Shown: positions 16,840 through 31,045, counted from the first letter of the stretch. The stretch is DNA of 64,000 nucleotides from the human T2T-CHM13v2.0 reference genome, Homo sapiens (GCF_009914755.1 NC_060947.1), one strand, 5' to 3'. Notes: generated by a model from the sequence alone, not told the origin. Numbers and translations: made by a program.

Positions 16840-18534
16840 CTTACTTGTGGCCAACAATCATATGAAAAAAAGCTCAACATCACTGATAATTAGAGAAATG
16901 TAAATCAAAACCACAACAAGATACCATCTCACACCAGCCCAGAATGGCTATTATTTAAAAAGTCAAAAAAAACAACAGATGCTGGCGAGGTTGTGGAGAA
17001 AAAGGAACACTTTACACTGTTGATGGAAGTGTAAATTTGTTCAACCATTTTGGAAGACAGTGTGGCAATTCCTCAAAGACCTGAAGGCAGAAATACCATT
17101 CGACCCAGCAATCTCATTACTGGGCACATACCCAAAGGAATATAAATCATTCTATTGTAAAGACACATACACATGTATGTTCATTGCATCACTATTCACA
17201 ATAGCAAAGACATGGAATCAATCTAAATTCCCATCAATGATAGACTGGATAAAGAAAATGTGTTACATGTACACCATGGGATACTATGCAGCCATAAAAA
17301 AGAATGAGATTATGTTTTTGCAGGGACATGGGTGGTGTTGGAGGCCATTATCCTTAGCAAACTAATGCAGGAACAGAAAAGCAAACACTGCTTATTCTCA
17401 TTTATAAGTGGGAGCTAAGTGATGAGAACACATGGACACATAGAGGGGAACAACTCACAGTGGGACCTTCTGGAGGGTGGAGGGTGGAAGGAAGGAGAGG
17501 ATCAAGAAAAATATCTAATGAATACTAGGCTTAATACCTGGGTGATGAAATAATCTGTACAACAAACCCCTTACCTATGTAACAAACCTGCACATCCTGT
17601 ATATGTACCCCTGAATTTAAAAGTTAAGGAAAAAAGGAGTGATTGTGGCTATCAAATAGTTTGGTCAGGAAAAGAGAAGCTACTCTATGGATTCCAGCTG
17701 TGAAGAGTCTTAGTGTAGGAATTAGGAGATGATACAACTGTTGTATGAACTGGGGTAGCAAAGGTGAGGTATGCTGCTAATAATGATTGTATTCTGAAGC
17801 ACAGAAGTGAGTGGTTTCTAAGAGCTCATGAGAAAATTGCTAAAATTCTCCAGAATCCTTCAGGGATATTCCCATCTACAATTTTAGTCTTAGTGAAGCA
17901 GGTAGATAGACCTTAAGAGCTCACTGGAAAAATGCTGTAAGTCTCACATTTGCCTACATGTCTTGCTGCAACTGCCTCCACAGAATAACATCTTCTAATT
18001 CCAAATCTGATGCAAGTGCCCTTTGTTGGAAAACTATAACCTAAAACCACATAAAGAAGAGGATTCTGAGAAATATGGCTCTGAAATTGATACCAAGTCG
18101 ACAGAGACAATCCAGCATATTGGGAACTACTTTAGGCTGTGTCATGAAAAGTCTTTCTCACAGGACCTTCACGAATGATTATACAATGTATATTGCACAA
18201 AGGCTCTCAACTGAGAACAGAGGGGCTGAAATTCAGCCCATTATCTGCTAGCCAAGACTTGAGCCCTGGCTTGGGGTTGTGTCAGAATAAAAAGAGTGCC
18301 TCTTCCTAATCAATCCCTGAAGTTGCCTTTTGTACAGTTTATCTTGGGTGGGGAGGTTCCTTTTAATAATTTACACAAAGGTACTATATGTCTTGGCAAT
18401 CCTCTCCTGTCTTAGAAGATGACAATCAAGATGTGAGATGTGACCTGAGCCATGATGGGACATGTCTATCTCACCCTATCTGTTGTCACCACCTTAAGGT
18501 CACAAAAGGGCCCATATATTAGCCTTCCTCTGTG

Positions 18535-19030
18535 CTGGTTGGTGGTCTGGCTGATTAAAATAAAGTTTGGCTGGCTCTCTGACTGACAGAATTACTGACT
18601 GGCTAACCAGCTGCTGTACTAACTAAATTTCTGATTGGCTGACTTATATAGAGTGAGTGGCAAATTTATTTAGTTGATAGGATAACTTTCTGATTCTCTG
18701 ACTAATTGAATGATTGGCTCACTGACTTATTTGTGCTCTAGTGAACAAGCTTTCTGTGTGTCTGATTAGTGGTCTGGCAGGCTGATTCCTTAGTTACCTT
18801 TTCTATCATATAGGTGATTGATAGATTATCTGATGGACTGTCTGATAGACTGATTCATTGACATACAAACTTGGTGATTCTCTGACTGTCGGACACTTTG
18901 ACTGACTGGCCTACTGGCTGGTTTCATACTGGATAACAGATTACCTAGCATTCTTTCCAACAGACAAGTCTTCAGGCCTACAGGCTGACTGACAGGCTAG
19001 TCAATTGTGAGTGGAAATGGCCGACTGGAT
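18535..19030. repeat. Degenerate (CTGA/CTGG)n low-complexity tract
   Basis: Recurrent ctgactga, ctgattgg and ctggctg words over ~500 bp. Confidence 0.6.
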
Positions 19031-19724
19031 AGCTCTTATTTTGTCTGAAAGACTTTCCAATTGTGTATTCATGTAAAGAGACAAGGGTGAAGAAAGAAGA
19101 CTGATAATACAATTCAAGACACTACCCTATGCAGATGAAAAAGGAAGGCAAATTGGTGACAAGCAGAAGAAAAGGGAATTTGATAAAGGGGTTAACAGCT
19201 TTTTTCTGATAGTTCAAAGGGGAAAATGGCTCTACATAAAATCAACCCATTAATAATGAGGCATGGAATTAATGTTAGCTCTAAACTGCCTGAGACACAA
19301 AGCTCATTACTCAACTTGATCGTTAACAAGGAAAACAACAGATGACACTTGAATAATAAAGAAACAGTAAAATATCGGGAATGGTCATAAAGGAGTCACT
19401 TATTGAGCCAGCAAGATGAAGACTGAGAGGGCACAAATCCCAGAGCCCGCTGATTAAGCCCCAAGCACTTAGTCATAAAGAAGCAAGCCCAGGAAGAAGA
19501 GAAACTCAAAAGCCATACTTGTTTTGTAGTAGAAAAAAGGTGAAAGTATTATTCTCTCTTTATTCTCTGATTAAACTGAACAGCTGAATCTTTGAAATCC
19601 CTTTTTGCCCAATTCCCTTTGACTTTATACTAAGAAATACCAACTGGTAATTTACATACTGTGCTCTATACATTATTTATTTTGTGTCAGATATAAATTG
19701 TGATGCCTGCTCACTCATGGTTTC

Positions 19725-20380
19725 TTTTTTATATATATTCTTTAAGTTTTAGGGTACATGTGCACAACGTGCAAGTTTGTTACATATGTATACATGTGCC
19801 ATGTTGGTGTGCTGCACCCATTAACTCATCATTTAGCATTAGGTATATCTCCTAATGCTATCCCTCCCCCCTCCCCGCTCCCCCCACCCCACCACAGTCC
19901 CCGGTGTGTGATGTTCCCCTTCCTGTGTCCAAGTGTTCTCATTGTTCAATTCCCACGCATGAGTGACAACACACGGTGTTTGGTTTTTTGTCCTTGCCAT
20001 AGTTTGCTGAGAATGATGGTTTCCAATTTCATCCATGTCCCTACAAAGGACATGAACTCATCCTTTTTTATGGCTGCATAATATCCCATGGTGTATACGT
20101 GCCACATTTTCTTAATCCAGTCTACCGTTGTTGGACATTTGGGTTGGTTCCAAGTCTTTGCTATTGTGAATAGTGGCACCATAAACATACGTGTGCATGT
20201 GTCTTTATAGCAGCATGATTTATAGTCCTTTGGGTATATACCCAGTAATGGGATGGCTGGGTCAAATGGAATTTCTAGTTCTAGATCCCTGAGGAATCGC
20301 CACACTGTCTTCCACAATGGTTGAACTAGTTTACAGTCCCACCAACAGTGTAAAAGTGTTCCTATTTCCCCACATCCTCT
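19725..20380 (-). mobile_element. 5'-truncated L1PA4-like 3' end (~650 bp)
   Basis: ORF2 C-terminus [19 protein letters not shown]... and a young L1PA 3'UTR in reverse. Confidence 0.92.
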
Positions 20381-21239
20381 TCTTATAGACTGCTGGCCAT
20401 GACTTCAGACCCTACTAAAAGAACATGTGACTTTACTCTCATGCATGGCCATAGCTATTAGACTATGGTGCAAACTTAATAAACTTTTAGCCTAATCATA
20501 GATTTGCCAGTGAGCTATTACACTTTCTACTACAAAAAGATGTGCTGGGGCAACTCTCTAACTTTTGAGAAGTTGAACTAAGAAATACAGAGAGAAAGGA
20601 GCAATTAGCAGTACCAGTACAGTAGGCCAGAATATGAAAGGTTATCGGGTAAAGAGAGACAAGAGCAACAGTGATGAATCTATTTTAACCCTAAATTTTG
20701 TGGAAACAGAACCACAAGTAAGCAGAAGCCAGGAGGTAGAGAAAAGGGTATAAAATTGGCCACAATTGAAAAGTGAATAGAGAAATTATTGAGGAGCTGA
20801 GTTCCATTCATGGAAGACTACTAGCATGAGAAACCATAACCTCCAGTTGCTGAAGACCCTGGAACTTCTTTGACCTATTCTGTAGTTCTCCATACTACTG
20901 AATACCAGATGATTTGCTTTTCTTGGTCTCCTGGGTACAAGTCCTTAAAGTGGATCCTCTATACTTAAAAAAAGAAGTGGACTTCTTATAAGCAAAAGTA
21001 CCATATAAAGTCTGTACATAGAAACTCCTAACATCTTCCTCCTTTCCCCATCTAGATTTCCTTAGAATTTAATCCTTTTACCAAAATGTTCCCTCTTCTC
21101 CATCCCTTCCATATCCCCAAGAGTGTTAAACTAAAATATCAGATATAACCCTACTTGCTTAGATATGTAATGCTATTTCCCAAGCCCACAATACACAATA
21201 CTTGTGTATTGGATTTCTAGTGATTATTAATATTTTTAC

Positions 21240-21425
21240 AGAATTTTCACATTCCTCTAAAATTTTATATTACATAACTCTTAGAAGTGGGCAAGGTAAC
21301 TGTTTTTATGCTCATCTTCGAGATGAAGTAACAGAGACTGAGGATAAAGAATGATGAGTCCAAAATCACACAGTAGTCAAGCCAGGAGTAGAACCCACTT
21401 CTTCTTACTTCCAGTCCTCCACTTC
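21240..21425 (-). mobile_element. MIR SINE
   Basis: 'cgagatgaagtaacagagactgagg...tccaaaatcacacagtagtc...gccaggagtagaaccc'. Confidence 0.55.
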
Positions 21426-22028
21426 CTCAAATGCTTAGAGTCATTCTTTAGGCCTGAGTTCTCAAAAGTGGGGTGTGCCTACATCAGGAAATGTATAAGA
21501 TAATATGTTGTGCAAAATAAACAAAATATTTTATATAGACTTCTGCTTCTGAGAAGATGGAGTAGATACAATTTTCCCTATTCCTCACATTAAGTACAAC
21601 TAGAAACCCTGAATGTGATATATAAAACAAACATAAAAAGACTGAAATCTACAGAAGAGAAAGCAGACTGGCAAGGGACATTGAGACCTGAGGAACAACA
21701 TGGTGATAGGTTCCTTTGGGTTTTCCTTTTGCTCATATATCTAAGACATGGAGCTGAAAAATCAGCAACCCAAAAATACCAATGGGCACAGACCAAAAAT
21801 GGTACAATAAAAGCCTGCTATTTTTATCCAAAAGATCAAGGAAAGAACAATCTAGCCAGTCAGAAGATTTTAGACAATAACCACTCTACTTCAGCCAAAC
21901 AATGCAGAAAAAAATGATAAAATCATATCAATCTTAGTACGGGTTTTCTAGAAAAACAAAACTAATAGCAGGCTTCTATCCTCCAGAGGTGTGAAACAAT
22001 AAATTTCTGTCATTTAAGACAACCAATA

Positions 22029-22379
22029 CAGTCAGGTGCCGTATGATGACATTTTAGCCAATGATGAACCATATATAACATGATGGTCACATAAGAGTAT
22101 AACACCATATTTTTACTGTACTTCTTCTATGTTTAGTTATGTTTAGATACACAAATACTTACCATTGTGTTACAATTGCCTACACTATTCAGTACAAAAA
22201 CACGCTTTACATGTTTTTAGCCTAGAAGCAAAAGGTTATACCATGTAGCTTAGGAGAGTAGTAAGGTTATTCCATCCAGGTTTGTGTAAGTGCACGCTAT
22301 GATGCTCACACGGTGAAGAAGTCGCCCTATGACACATTTCTCAGAACACATTCCCCATCTTCAAGTGACACACGACTAC
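22029..22379. mobile_element. Tigger3a/MER7-like MITE (TcMar-Tigger) inside an MLT1 LTR 3' end (~21970-22420)
   Basis: TA-CAGTCAGGTGCCG...CACACGACTACA-TA degenerate TIRs, ~350 bp; flanks join to the MLT1 end 'aataaatttctg...tggtattgtgttatggcagcc'. Confidence 0.75.
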
Positions 22380-22420
22380 ATATGGTATTGTGTTATGGCA
22401 GCCAGAGCTGGCAAATACAA

Positions 22421-24465
22421 ATACTACGACAGCAAATAAGGCATTCCGTAAATCCGTGGATGATAGTTTTAGTAGAAACATGTGCTGGGAAGACAAATCC
22501 ATATCCAGAATGTCTATTCAAATAATAACAAAATAGTGCCCCTTTTATGATGGAAAATGTTCAATGTAATCAACCTACCACCAGGCTGGTCACCCTACAG
22601 AATGGTGCGGTACTGGGGACTCAGTGTTGGTCTCTGCTGTTGGAGGATTGGGTACTCAGCAGTGGCTGCAGCCATGTCAGCCTTGGTAAATGAAAAAACA
22701 AATTGTTAAGTCCATGCATGACGTCCATCTCTGCCTCCATGTCCAGTTTGTCCATGAACTCATTGGGCAATGACTAGAGTGACTGGGGAAAGAGGCTGAC
22801 TGGTATCCACAGAATGGGCTATCCTATGCGTTTAATCATTAAAATTCTCCTCTGCTGAGGTTACCCTTTGGTGTGCATTCACAATATTCACATAGATATT
22901 CACACAAATATCTTCATGTTTTTCACCCATTCAGAGAGGTCTATCCATGCCTCTTCCCCAGACCTCCTTGTTATCAATTTTCCAATCATGTTCCTTCCAA
23001 GTCCCTGATTATCCATCCAAAACATTGGCCATGATGCATGAACCAGTATACAATCACATGTCTGGCCATTTCTCCTTTCAAGTAGAATAAATGAACAGGT
23101 ATACTACTAGAAATTATTCCCACTAGGAGGATTTTTCTTCACCACTGTCCTTCAGGCATGTCCCAGAAAGAGGATGTAGTGCTAAAGATGTCCACTTTGG
23201 GATGGTGCCTCCATACTGCAGAGAAGCATCTGTAAATCAGTCCCTAGTTTTCACTTGCCATATCAATTGGTTACAGGAAACTCCTCAAAAGGCTTAGGTT
23301 GAGGCTGGGAGAAAGAAGGTAAGATAGGAGGAATCAGGACCATGGACATTTGGGCTACTTCTTTATGTAATTTTGTTGTGCCTTCAGTCCTGTTTGAGGC
23401 TTCTGTGCACATCCACATTTATGATTTGGTGGGTCAAACAACACCCAGTTTCTGATAGGCAGCTCAGATATGGTAACTTGGTGGCCCATGGTTAAGCAGT
23501 CAGTCCTTATTAAGGTCCAGTAGCACACCAAAGCCTCTTTCTCAAAAGGATTGTAGTTACCTACAGAGGATTACAAGGCTTTGCTCCAACATCCTGAGGA
23601 TCTGAACTGTGATTCACCTACAGGGGCCTGCCAAAATGTCCGAACAATATCACTATCCACCACTACCACTTCAAATACCATTGGATATGCTGGCTCATAT
23701 GGCACAAGTGGCAGAGCAGCTTGCATGGCAGCCTGTACCTGTTGCAGAGCCTTCTCTTTTTCTCAGCCCCACTCAAAATTAGCAGATTTTTGGGCCTCTA
23801 ACACCAAAATGAGGAATATGTTGTCTCCCAAATTCAAAGAATTCCACTAAGCACAGGACCACTTTTTTGGTTGTAGCAGGAGCGAGATGTAACAACTTAT
23901 CCTTCACCATAGAAGAGTTATATCAACATGCCCTACACCACTGAGCCCCTGCACATTTTACTGAGGTAGAAGGCCCCTGAATTTCTGCTGGATTTATCTC
24001 TCATCCTCTGATATGCAAATGCTTTACTGACAAGTCGTTGTAGTTTCTACTTCTGGCTCACTATGTCCAGTAAGCATAATGCCATCGATGTAATGGACCA
24101 GTCTGATGTCTGTGGAAGGGAAAGGTATCAAGATCCCTCAATCTAAATTATGACACAAGTCTGGAGAATTGATATATCCCTAAGGTAGGACAGTGAATGT
24201 GTATTGCTGGCCTTAACAAATTAAATAAAACTCTTTCTGGTGGTCCTTGCTACAAGTTATAATATTTTTAAAAAGAAAGCATTGGCCAGATTAATAGCTG
24301 CATCAGAGAATTTGTTATTCTGCTCAAGCAATGAAACCACATCTGATAGAGCAGCTGCAATTGGAGTAACCAGCTGGTTAAGCTTATGATAATACAGTGT
24401 AGTTCTCCAAGACTCACCAATTTTCTGCACAGGACACATAACAGTGTTAAATGTAGACTGAGTGG
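22421..24465 (-). mobile_element. ERVL (class III ERV) internal pol remnant: RT, RNase H and integrase start
   Basis: Minus strand gives PVQKIGESWRTT..YHKLNQLVTPIAAA..DVVSLLEQ..AINLANAFF, LVHYIDGIML (YIDD motif, ~24075-24100), a TD-containing RNase H-like motif ~23230 and an integrase WWxVDYI-like motif ~22570; many stops. Confidence 0.88.
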
Positions 24466-26205
24466 AAAACCTAAGCTTCCACCCTTGTAAGGCTGTAATG
24501 AGGTACTCCAAAACCCCCCAGAGTGGTGTCAGAAAAGGCTAAGTAGAAAATCAAAACTTTCACACAGCGGCTATTAACATGTCCCTCCATCACGAAAGTG
24601 TTAGTGGAGACCACTCAGCAGCCTAGACTTCCCCATCAATCGCCAGTAATAAGGTGTCCCACCACCTCTTAATTGCAGTGGTGTCAGAGTTGTACTAGTG
24701 GAGAGTCAGGACTTTCACTATCACCAAGCGATAAATACATTTCCCCCAGCACAGTGTACATGAAGACTTTGCAGAAGTCAAAACTCTCACTCCCACCTAG
24801 CAGTAATGAAGAACCCTGGCCTTCTGTCAACAGAAGCTGTATGAGAACTTCTACTTCTACCTGGGAGTAATGAGGTGGCAAACTTTCTTCCCTTACCAGA
24901 GTGGCCTTTTTAAAAAGTCAGTTAAAACACAATTTAAGTCAGGTTTAAATAGTGTCCAGAGGCTCCTAACATAACTGAAAATGTTCATGTTTTAATAAAA
25001 ATTTATCATTATACCAAGAACCAGGAGGAACCCAAATGAAATGAAAAGAAAATAAATAGGTGGCAAGATAAGATGATAGAGATGTTAGAATTATCTGGCA
25101 AATATTTTAAAGCATCCATGAAAAAAAAGTTTTAAAACACAATTACAAATATACATGAGACAAATGAAAAAATAGAAAACCTACCCCAAAAAATAGACTC
25201 AGCAAAAAAATGAAGAAAGTAAAAAAAAAAAAAAAGATGAAAGAAACAAAAAAAGAAAATGAAAATACGAGGAACAAGCAAATGGAAAACTAGAACTGAT
25301 ATATACAATAATTGAAATAAAAAGTTACAGGGATGGGCTTAACAGCACAATAGAGACAAGGTGACAGAGGAATCAGTGAACTAGAAGATGGAATAATAGA
25401 AATTATCCAATTTGAACAGCAGAAAATAAACAAAAAAAAATAGTGGAAAGAGCCTATGGTATATATGAGACTATAACAACAGACATAACATTTGTGTCAT
25501 TGGAAGCTCAAAAGAAGAGGGGAAAGAAGGAGAGGCAGAAAAAGTATTCAAAGAAATAATGACTGAATTTTTATTAAAAATTGGTGACAAACATGAACCT
25601 ATGGATTCAAGAGGCTGAAGAAATCCCAAACAGGCTAAGCCCAAAGAAATCCATGCCTATATACATCATAGTACAACTTCTGAAAGGTAAAGACAAAGAA
25701 AAGTAATTTTAGAGCAGTAAGAATCAACACATTATCAACTAGAGAAAAACAATAGGAATGACAGCAGATTTATTGTCAGAAACCAAGCATACCAGGAAGA
25801 GATGGCATATTTTTAAGTATTGAAGGAAAACAATCCAGAAACCTATACCCAGTGAAAATTTCTTACAGAAAGGAAAAAAAAAAATGAAAACATTCTCAGA
25901 TGAAGGAAAACAGAGAATTTGCCATCAGCAGACCTGACCCCCCCCCCAAAAAGGTTAAAGGAAGTTATCTAAAATAAAGAAATTAATAAGATAAGAAACC
26001 TTGGACAATCAGGAAGGAATAAAAGACAGAATAAGCAAAAATATGAGTAAATGCAATAGGCTTTCCTTCCCTTGTGCTTTCTAAATAATATGTGATAGTC
26101 CACACAAAATTATAACACTTCAGTGTGGTTCATACATATGTAGAGGAAATATTTTAAGAAATTATATTATAAATAGGGAAAAGTAAAAAAGATTTATATA
26201 AAGGG

Positions 26206-26253
<48 letters not shown>

Positions 26254-26637
26254 TAAATGAAATATAAAGAAATATATGTAGATATATTTACATATAAACA
26301 TACCTATATGGAGAGAAAGAGACAGACTCTAGCAAGACTGTCAAAAAGAGAAGATACAAGTTACCAATAATAGAAATGAACATATAATATATACACAAAT
26401 CAAACAGTTGGAAACCAACACAAAGAGATACACACAAAAGCTATAGAGATAAATGAAAATAGAATTATAAAAAACATTCAAGTAATACACTTGAAGGCAG
26501 GAAAATAAATCCAAGGAAATAAAATACAGAGAAAACCAGGAAAAAAATAAAAGGCAGACTTAAGTCCTAACAGATGGACAATTATATTAAATAAAAATGG
26601 TCTAAATACATTATTTAAAAGACAGAGAATGGATAAT

Positions 26638-27225
26638 GTGGGTGACATCAGCAACTAGGATGGTGGACTAGGAAGCTCCAGGCCCTTGTTCCTTCAGGAA
26701 AACATTAAAATAATAACTGCAGGCTGCCTAAAATAACTTTATAGGCACCACGGAAATCAATCAAAGATCTACAGCAACCAAAGAAACACCAACTTATGAA
26801 AAAGCCAAATTCAAATAGAGGGAAATTTCATAATGTTTTTATTTGCCCTTGCCTCATCTTCTCTGGCATGGCATGGTCAGAAAGAAGCAGTAACTTCCTG
26901 GTTTCCTCTCTCAGACTAGAAGGAGCAGAGCAGAACTTATTTGCTATGTTCTAAACTCTCTGTGGACTGCTAAGGGAATAGTTTCTGTTTTTCCTGGCTT
27001 GATTGTCAAACTGGGAAAAATTGTGTAAGTTGGATGTCAGGCTATAAAAGATTGTGGAAGGCAATAGTGAGTAAAATAACTGAAATAATAAAATGTACTA
27101 GAGAAGATCAATATCGGATTTGAGCAGGTAGAAGAGAGAAACAGAGAACTTAAAGATAGGACAATTGAAATTTTCTAGTCTAAAGAATGGAAAGTAAAAA
27201 GAATTTTAAAAAGTGAACAGTGTTT
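26638..27225 (+). mobile_element. Old L1M 5' end and ORF1 fragment; continues at 61256-62628
   Basis: ORF1 breaks at '...aaaagtgaacag' and resumes at 'gtgaacaagagactaaggacttatgg' (61259). Confidence 0.6.
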
Positions 27226-27374
27226 TAAAAATTCAAGGTGGCAGACTAAGGGTTTTCCAGCACACCTTGCCCATTTGGAAACAGCAAAGTGTGTGTAGCA
27301 ATTCATGCCATGAACTTTTATCTTAGAAAAAATATAGAAGTTAAACAGGAAAGAAAGAAAATTTCAAATACTGG

Positions 27375-28482
27375 TATTGGGGGAAATTCAGCCAGATATC
27401 GGGTGAAATTCACCCCTGATATTTCAAGTAAGTTCTTTTCTATTTTCCCTAAGTGTTGGCTGGTCTGAGAAATAAAGGGAGAACAAAAGAGAGAAATTTT
27501 AAAGCTGGGTGTCCAGGGGAGACATCACATGTCAGCAGGTTCTGTGATGCCCCTTGAGTGGTAAAACCAGCAAGTTTTTATTAGTGATTTTCAAAATGGG
27601 AGGGAGTGTACGAATAGGGTGTGGGTCACAGAGATCACGTGCTTCACAAGGTAATAGACTATCACAAGGCAAATGGAGGCAGGGTGAGATCACAGGGCCA
27701 CAGGACTGGGGTGAAATTAAAATTGCTAATGAAGTTCCAGGCACGCATTGTCATTGATAACATCTTATCAGGAGACAGGGTTTGAGAGCAGACAACCGGT
27801 CTAACCAAAATTTATTACGTGGGAGTTTCCTCATCCTAATAAGCCTGGGAGCGCTATGGGAGACTGGGGCTTATTTCATCCCTACAGCTTCTACCATAAA
27901 AGACAGCCACCCCTGAAGCGGCCATTTTAGAGGCCTACCCTCAGGGATGCATTCTATTTCTCAGGGATATTCCTTGTTGAGAAAAAGAATTCAGTGATAT
28001 TTCCCCCATTTGCTTTTGAAAGAAGAGAAATATGGCTCTATTCCGCCTGGCTCACTGGCAGTCACAGTTTAAGGTTATCTCTCTTGTTCCCTAAACATCA
28101 CTGTTATCCTGTTCTTTTTTCAAGGTGCCCAGATTTCATATTGTTCAAACACACATGCTCTACAAACAATTTGTGCAGTTAACGCAATCATCACAGGGTC
28201 CTGAGGTGACATACATCCTCCTCAGCTTACGAAGATGATGGGATTAAGAGATTAAAGTAAAGACAGGCATAGGAAATCACAAGGGTATTGATTGGGGAAG
28301 TGATAAGTGTCCATGAAATCTTCACAATTTATGTTCAGAGATTGCAGTAAAGACAGGTGTAAGGAATTATAAAAGTATTAATTTGGGGAACTAATAAATG
28401 TCCATGAAATCTTCACAATCCACATTCTTCTGCAATGGCTTCAGCCAGTTCCTCCATTCGGGGTCCCTGAGTTCCTACAGCA
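27375..28482 (-). mobile_element. MER11 solo LTR (HERV-K11/HML-8)
   Basis: Reverse complement begins TGCTGTAGGAACTCAGGGACCCCGAATGGAGG..GGCTGAAGCC (MER11 5' end) and ends CCCCCAATA; 1108 bp; TSD ACTGG at 27370-27374 / 28483-28487. Confidence 0.9.
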
Positions 28483-31045
28483 ACTGGGAAAAAGAAGGCA
28501 GGCAACATCCTGCCTGGTGGGGTCTGGGAAATATGGGAAAGGGGGAGTGAGTGTCTCTGTAATACACATTCCCACTAGGAAATGATGCATTCCAGGCCAT
28601 GAGGAAGCAACTTGACTTTCCCAAGCCCTGGATCCAATTTGGGGAGCAGTCTGGAGACTGTGAGAAGGAACAGCACTGGGAAGTGTCCCACACACATTAC
28701 CATACCTGGGCACGGATAGAAGGAAGCCATTATCCAGCCTAGTTCATAGCAAGCTGCGTGGGATTCACCCAGCTAACAAGGACAGCAGCCACCGATTTGG
28801 AGAGTCTGGGGCTGGGGATTGGCAATCTGGTCTTGAGTGGAGGAGGGGCCCTCAAGGCCAGAACTGAGAGGCAAATGTGGCATGAGCTCCAACCACGGGT
28901 GGTAGAATTGGTCTTTTTTACTTCTTGGGACTGAAGCAAAAGGAGACTTGTCTGAGACACATGAGTTTAACCTGGGCAGCAAGTTTTATGACCTGGGGCG
29001 GGTTTGCAGACTGAAAACAAACTGAGTGGAACCTGGCTAACTGTCCTGACTTGCTGCCAGGGTCAGGCTATGGCAAGGAGTTTCACTGGGTCTGAAATGT
29101 GAGAGCAAAGCAGGTCAGTCTCCCACTCATTTGGCTGTGGAGTTGGAACTTCCCCTTCTTCCCCATGCTAAGACTTTGGTGAAGCAGCAGTTGCTCTACT
29201 CACCTGGGCATTTCTCCAGAGGTCTGAGGACTTCCTCTTGACATCAGTCAGGGCCAGCACTTGCACCTGCCATTGAGGGCCCACGTGCAGTCCCCAGGTC
29301 CAACCTCATCCAACTTCACCCCCTTGCCTCTGAGGCAGAGCATGAGACCAGACTACTGACCATTTCACAGCCCAACCCATTGCCTAGCACATCCTAACAC
29401 TTCTGCTTAACAAAGGCCAAGCAGTAACTCTACTGTTACCACTGCAGCTGGCTCTCACCTGCAAGTGCCACCTACTAGCCAGGAGACCAACCCACACAGT
29501 CCATTACAACATCTACTGACACAAATACATACCATTGGGGAATGAGATAATCTTCTTATGACCTCTGCTACCACAATTGCCCATGCCACCTCAGCTAATC
29601 AGGAGGCTGTAAACCTGATCACTAACCCAGTACACTGGCTACTACAACTAGCAATTAGGAAAGCCACTAACTAAAACTATAACCAAGGAAATCATACAAA
29701 TACTTCACTACTCAGTGCACCCAGAAGCAAAACAAAATGGCCCTACTCAACGTACATCATAGTCACATGCTCAAAGAAAAAAACAGTCTCATCCTAATGA
29801 AAGAACATTCAAAATAAAAAGTGACTGTTTCTCCATATGTGAAAAAAACTCAGTGAAACAATACTGGAAATATAAAAAAGCAAGATATCATGACACACTG
29901 AAAGGAACACACGGAGGGAACACAGTAATTCTCTAGCAATGAATCCTAACCAAAAAAAATTTTAAATGCCAGATGAAGAATACAAAATACTGATTTTAAA
30001 GAAGCTAAATTAGATACAAGTGAAATCTGAAAATCAACACAAGGAAATCAGAAAATCAATTCAGAGTATGAATGAAAAATTTACTAAGAAGTTATACATC
30101 TTTAAAAAAACAACAGAACTCCTGGAAATGAAAACTTTGTTGAAGGAATTACAAAATGCAGTAGAAAGATTCAACAATAGATGACTAAGCAGAAGAGAGA
30201 ATTTCAGAACTTGAAGACAGATCTTTTGAATTAATCCAGTCAAAACAAAATAAACAAAAAAGAATGAAAGGAGTGAATAAAGCCTTCAGGAAGTGTGGGA
30301 CTACATAAAACAACCGAATCTACAAATCATGGGCATTCCCAAGGGAGAAGAAAAAGCAAAAAGTTTAGAAAACCTATTTAAGGAAATAATTGATGAAAAC
30401 TTCCTTAGTCTAACAAGAGATTTAGACATCCAGATACAGGAGGCCCAGTGAACATCAGGAAATACATTGCAAGGTGGACTTCACTATGGCACATAGTCAC
30501 CAGACTATCTAATGTCAATGTGAAGGAAAAAAATCCTAAAATCAGCAAAAGAAAAGCATCTAGTAACCCATAAAGAAAACCCCATAAAAGTTACAATAGA
30601 CTAATCAGCAAAATCCTTGCAAGCTAAAAGAGATTGGGATCTTATTTTCAAATGCATAAGAGAAAAAAAAGCTACAAACGACAAATTTTCTATCCTGCCA
30701 GAATAAACTTCATAAATGAAAAAGAATAACGTGTTTCCTAGACAAGCAAATGCAGAGTGAGTTATTCATCATTAACTAGTCCTACAAAACAATTCTCATA
30801 GGAGTTCTAAACATGAAAAAAACGTTGATATTCCTCCATCATAAAAAACATACAAAAGTATGAAAATCACAACTCATAAAACAATTGCACAAAGCAAGAA
30901 TAAAAAAATCAAGTGGCAATATTACAGAACTCCATCAAATCAGAAAGATACACACACAAAAGAAACAGGGGGTGGAACAAGATGGCAAAATAAACGGCTG
31001 CAGTTATCTCTTCTGCACCCTGCAAGGGCACCAATTTAACAACAA

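Larger units (their letters stand above)
21537..26635 (+). mobile_element. Ancient L1 (L1MD/L1MC-like) 5'UTR, ORF1 and ORF2 start, interrupted at ~21930-24465
   Basis: 5' 'gacttctgcttctgagaagatggagtag'; decayed ORF1 ~25050-25980; EN start 'aatggtctaaatacattatttaaaagacagaga'; (TA)n(GA)n at 26206-26252. Confidence 0.65.

Noticed and set aside
17645-18120. Possible old ERVL-type LTR (LTR33-like); similar hint at ~20400-20960
   Set aside because: Too diverged to call a family or boundaries without a profile search
28305-28425. Direct repeat tgtccatgaaatcttcacaat
   Set aside because: Recalled as part of the normal MER11 LTR structure
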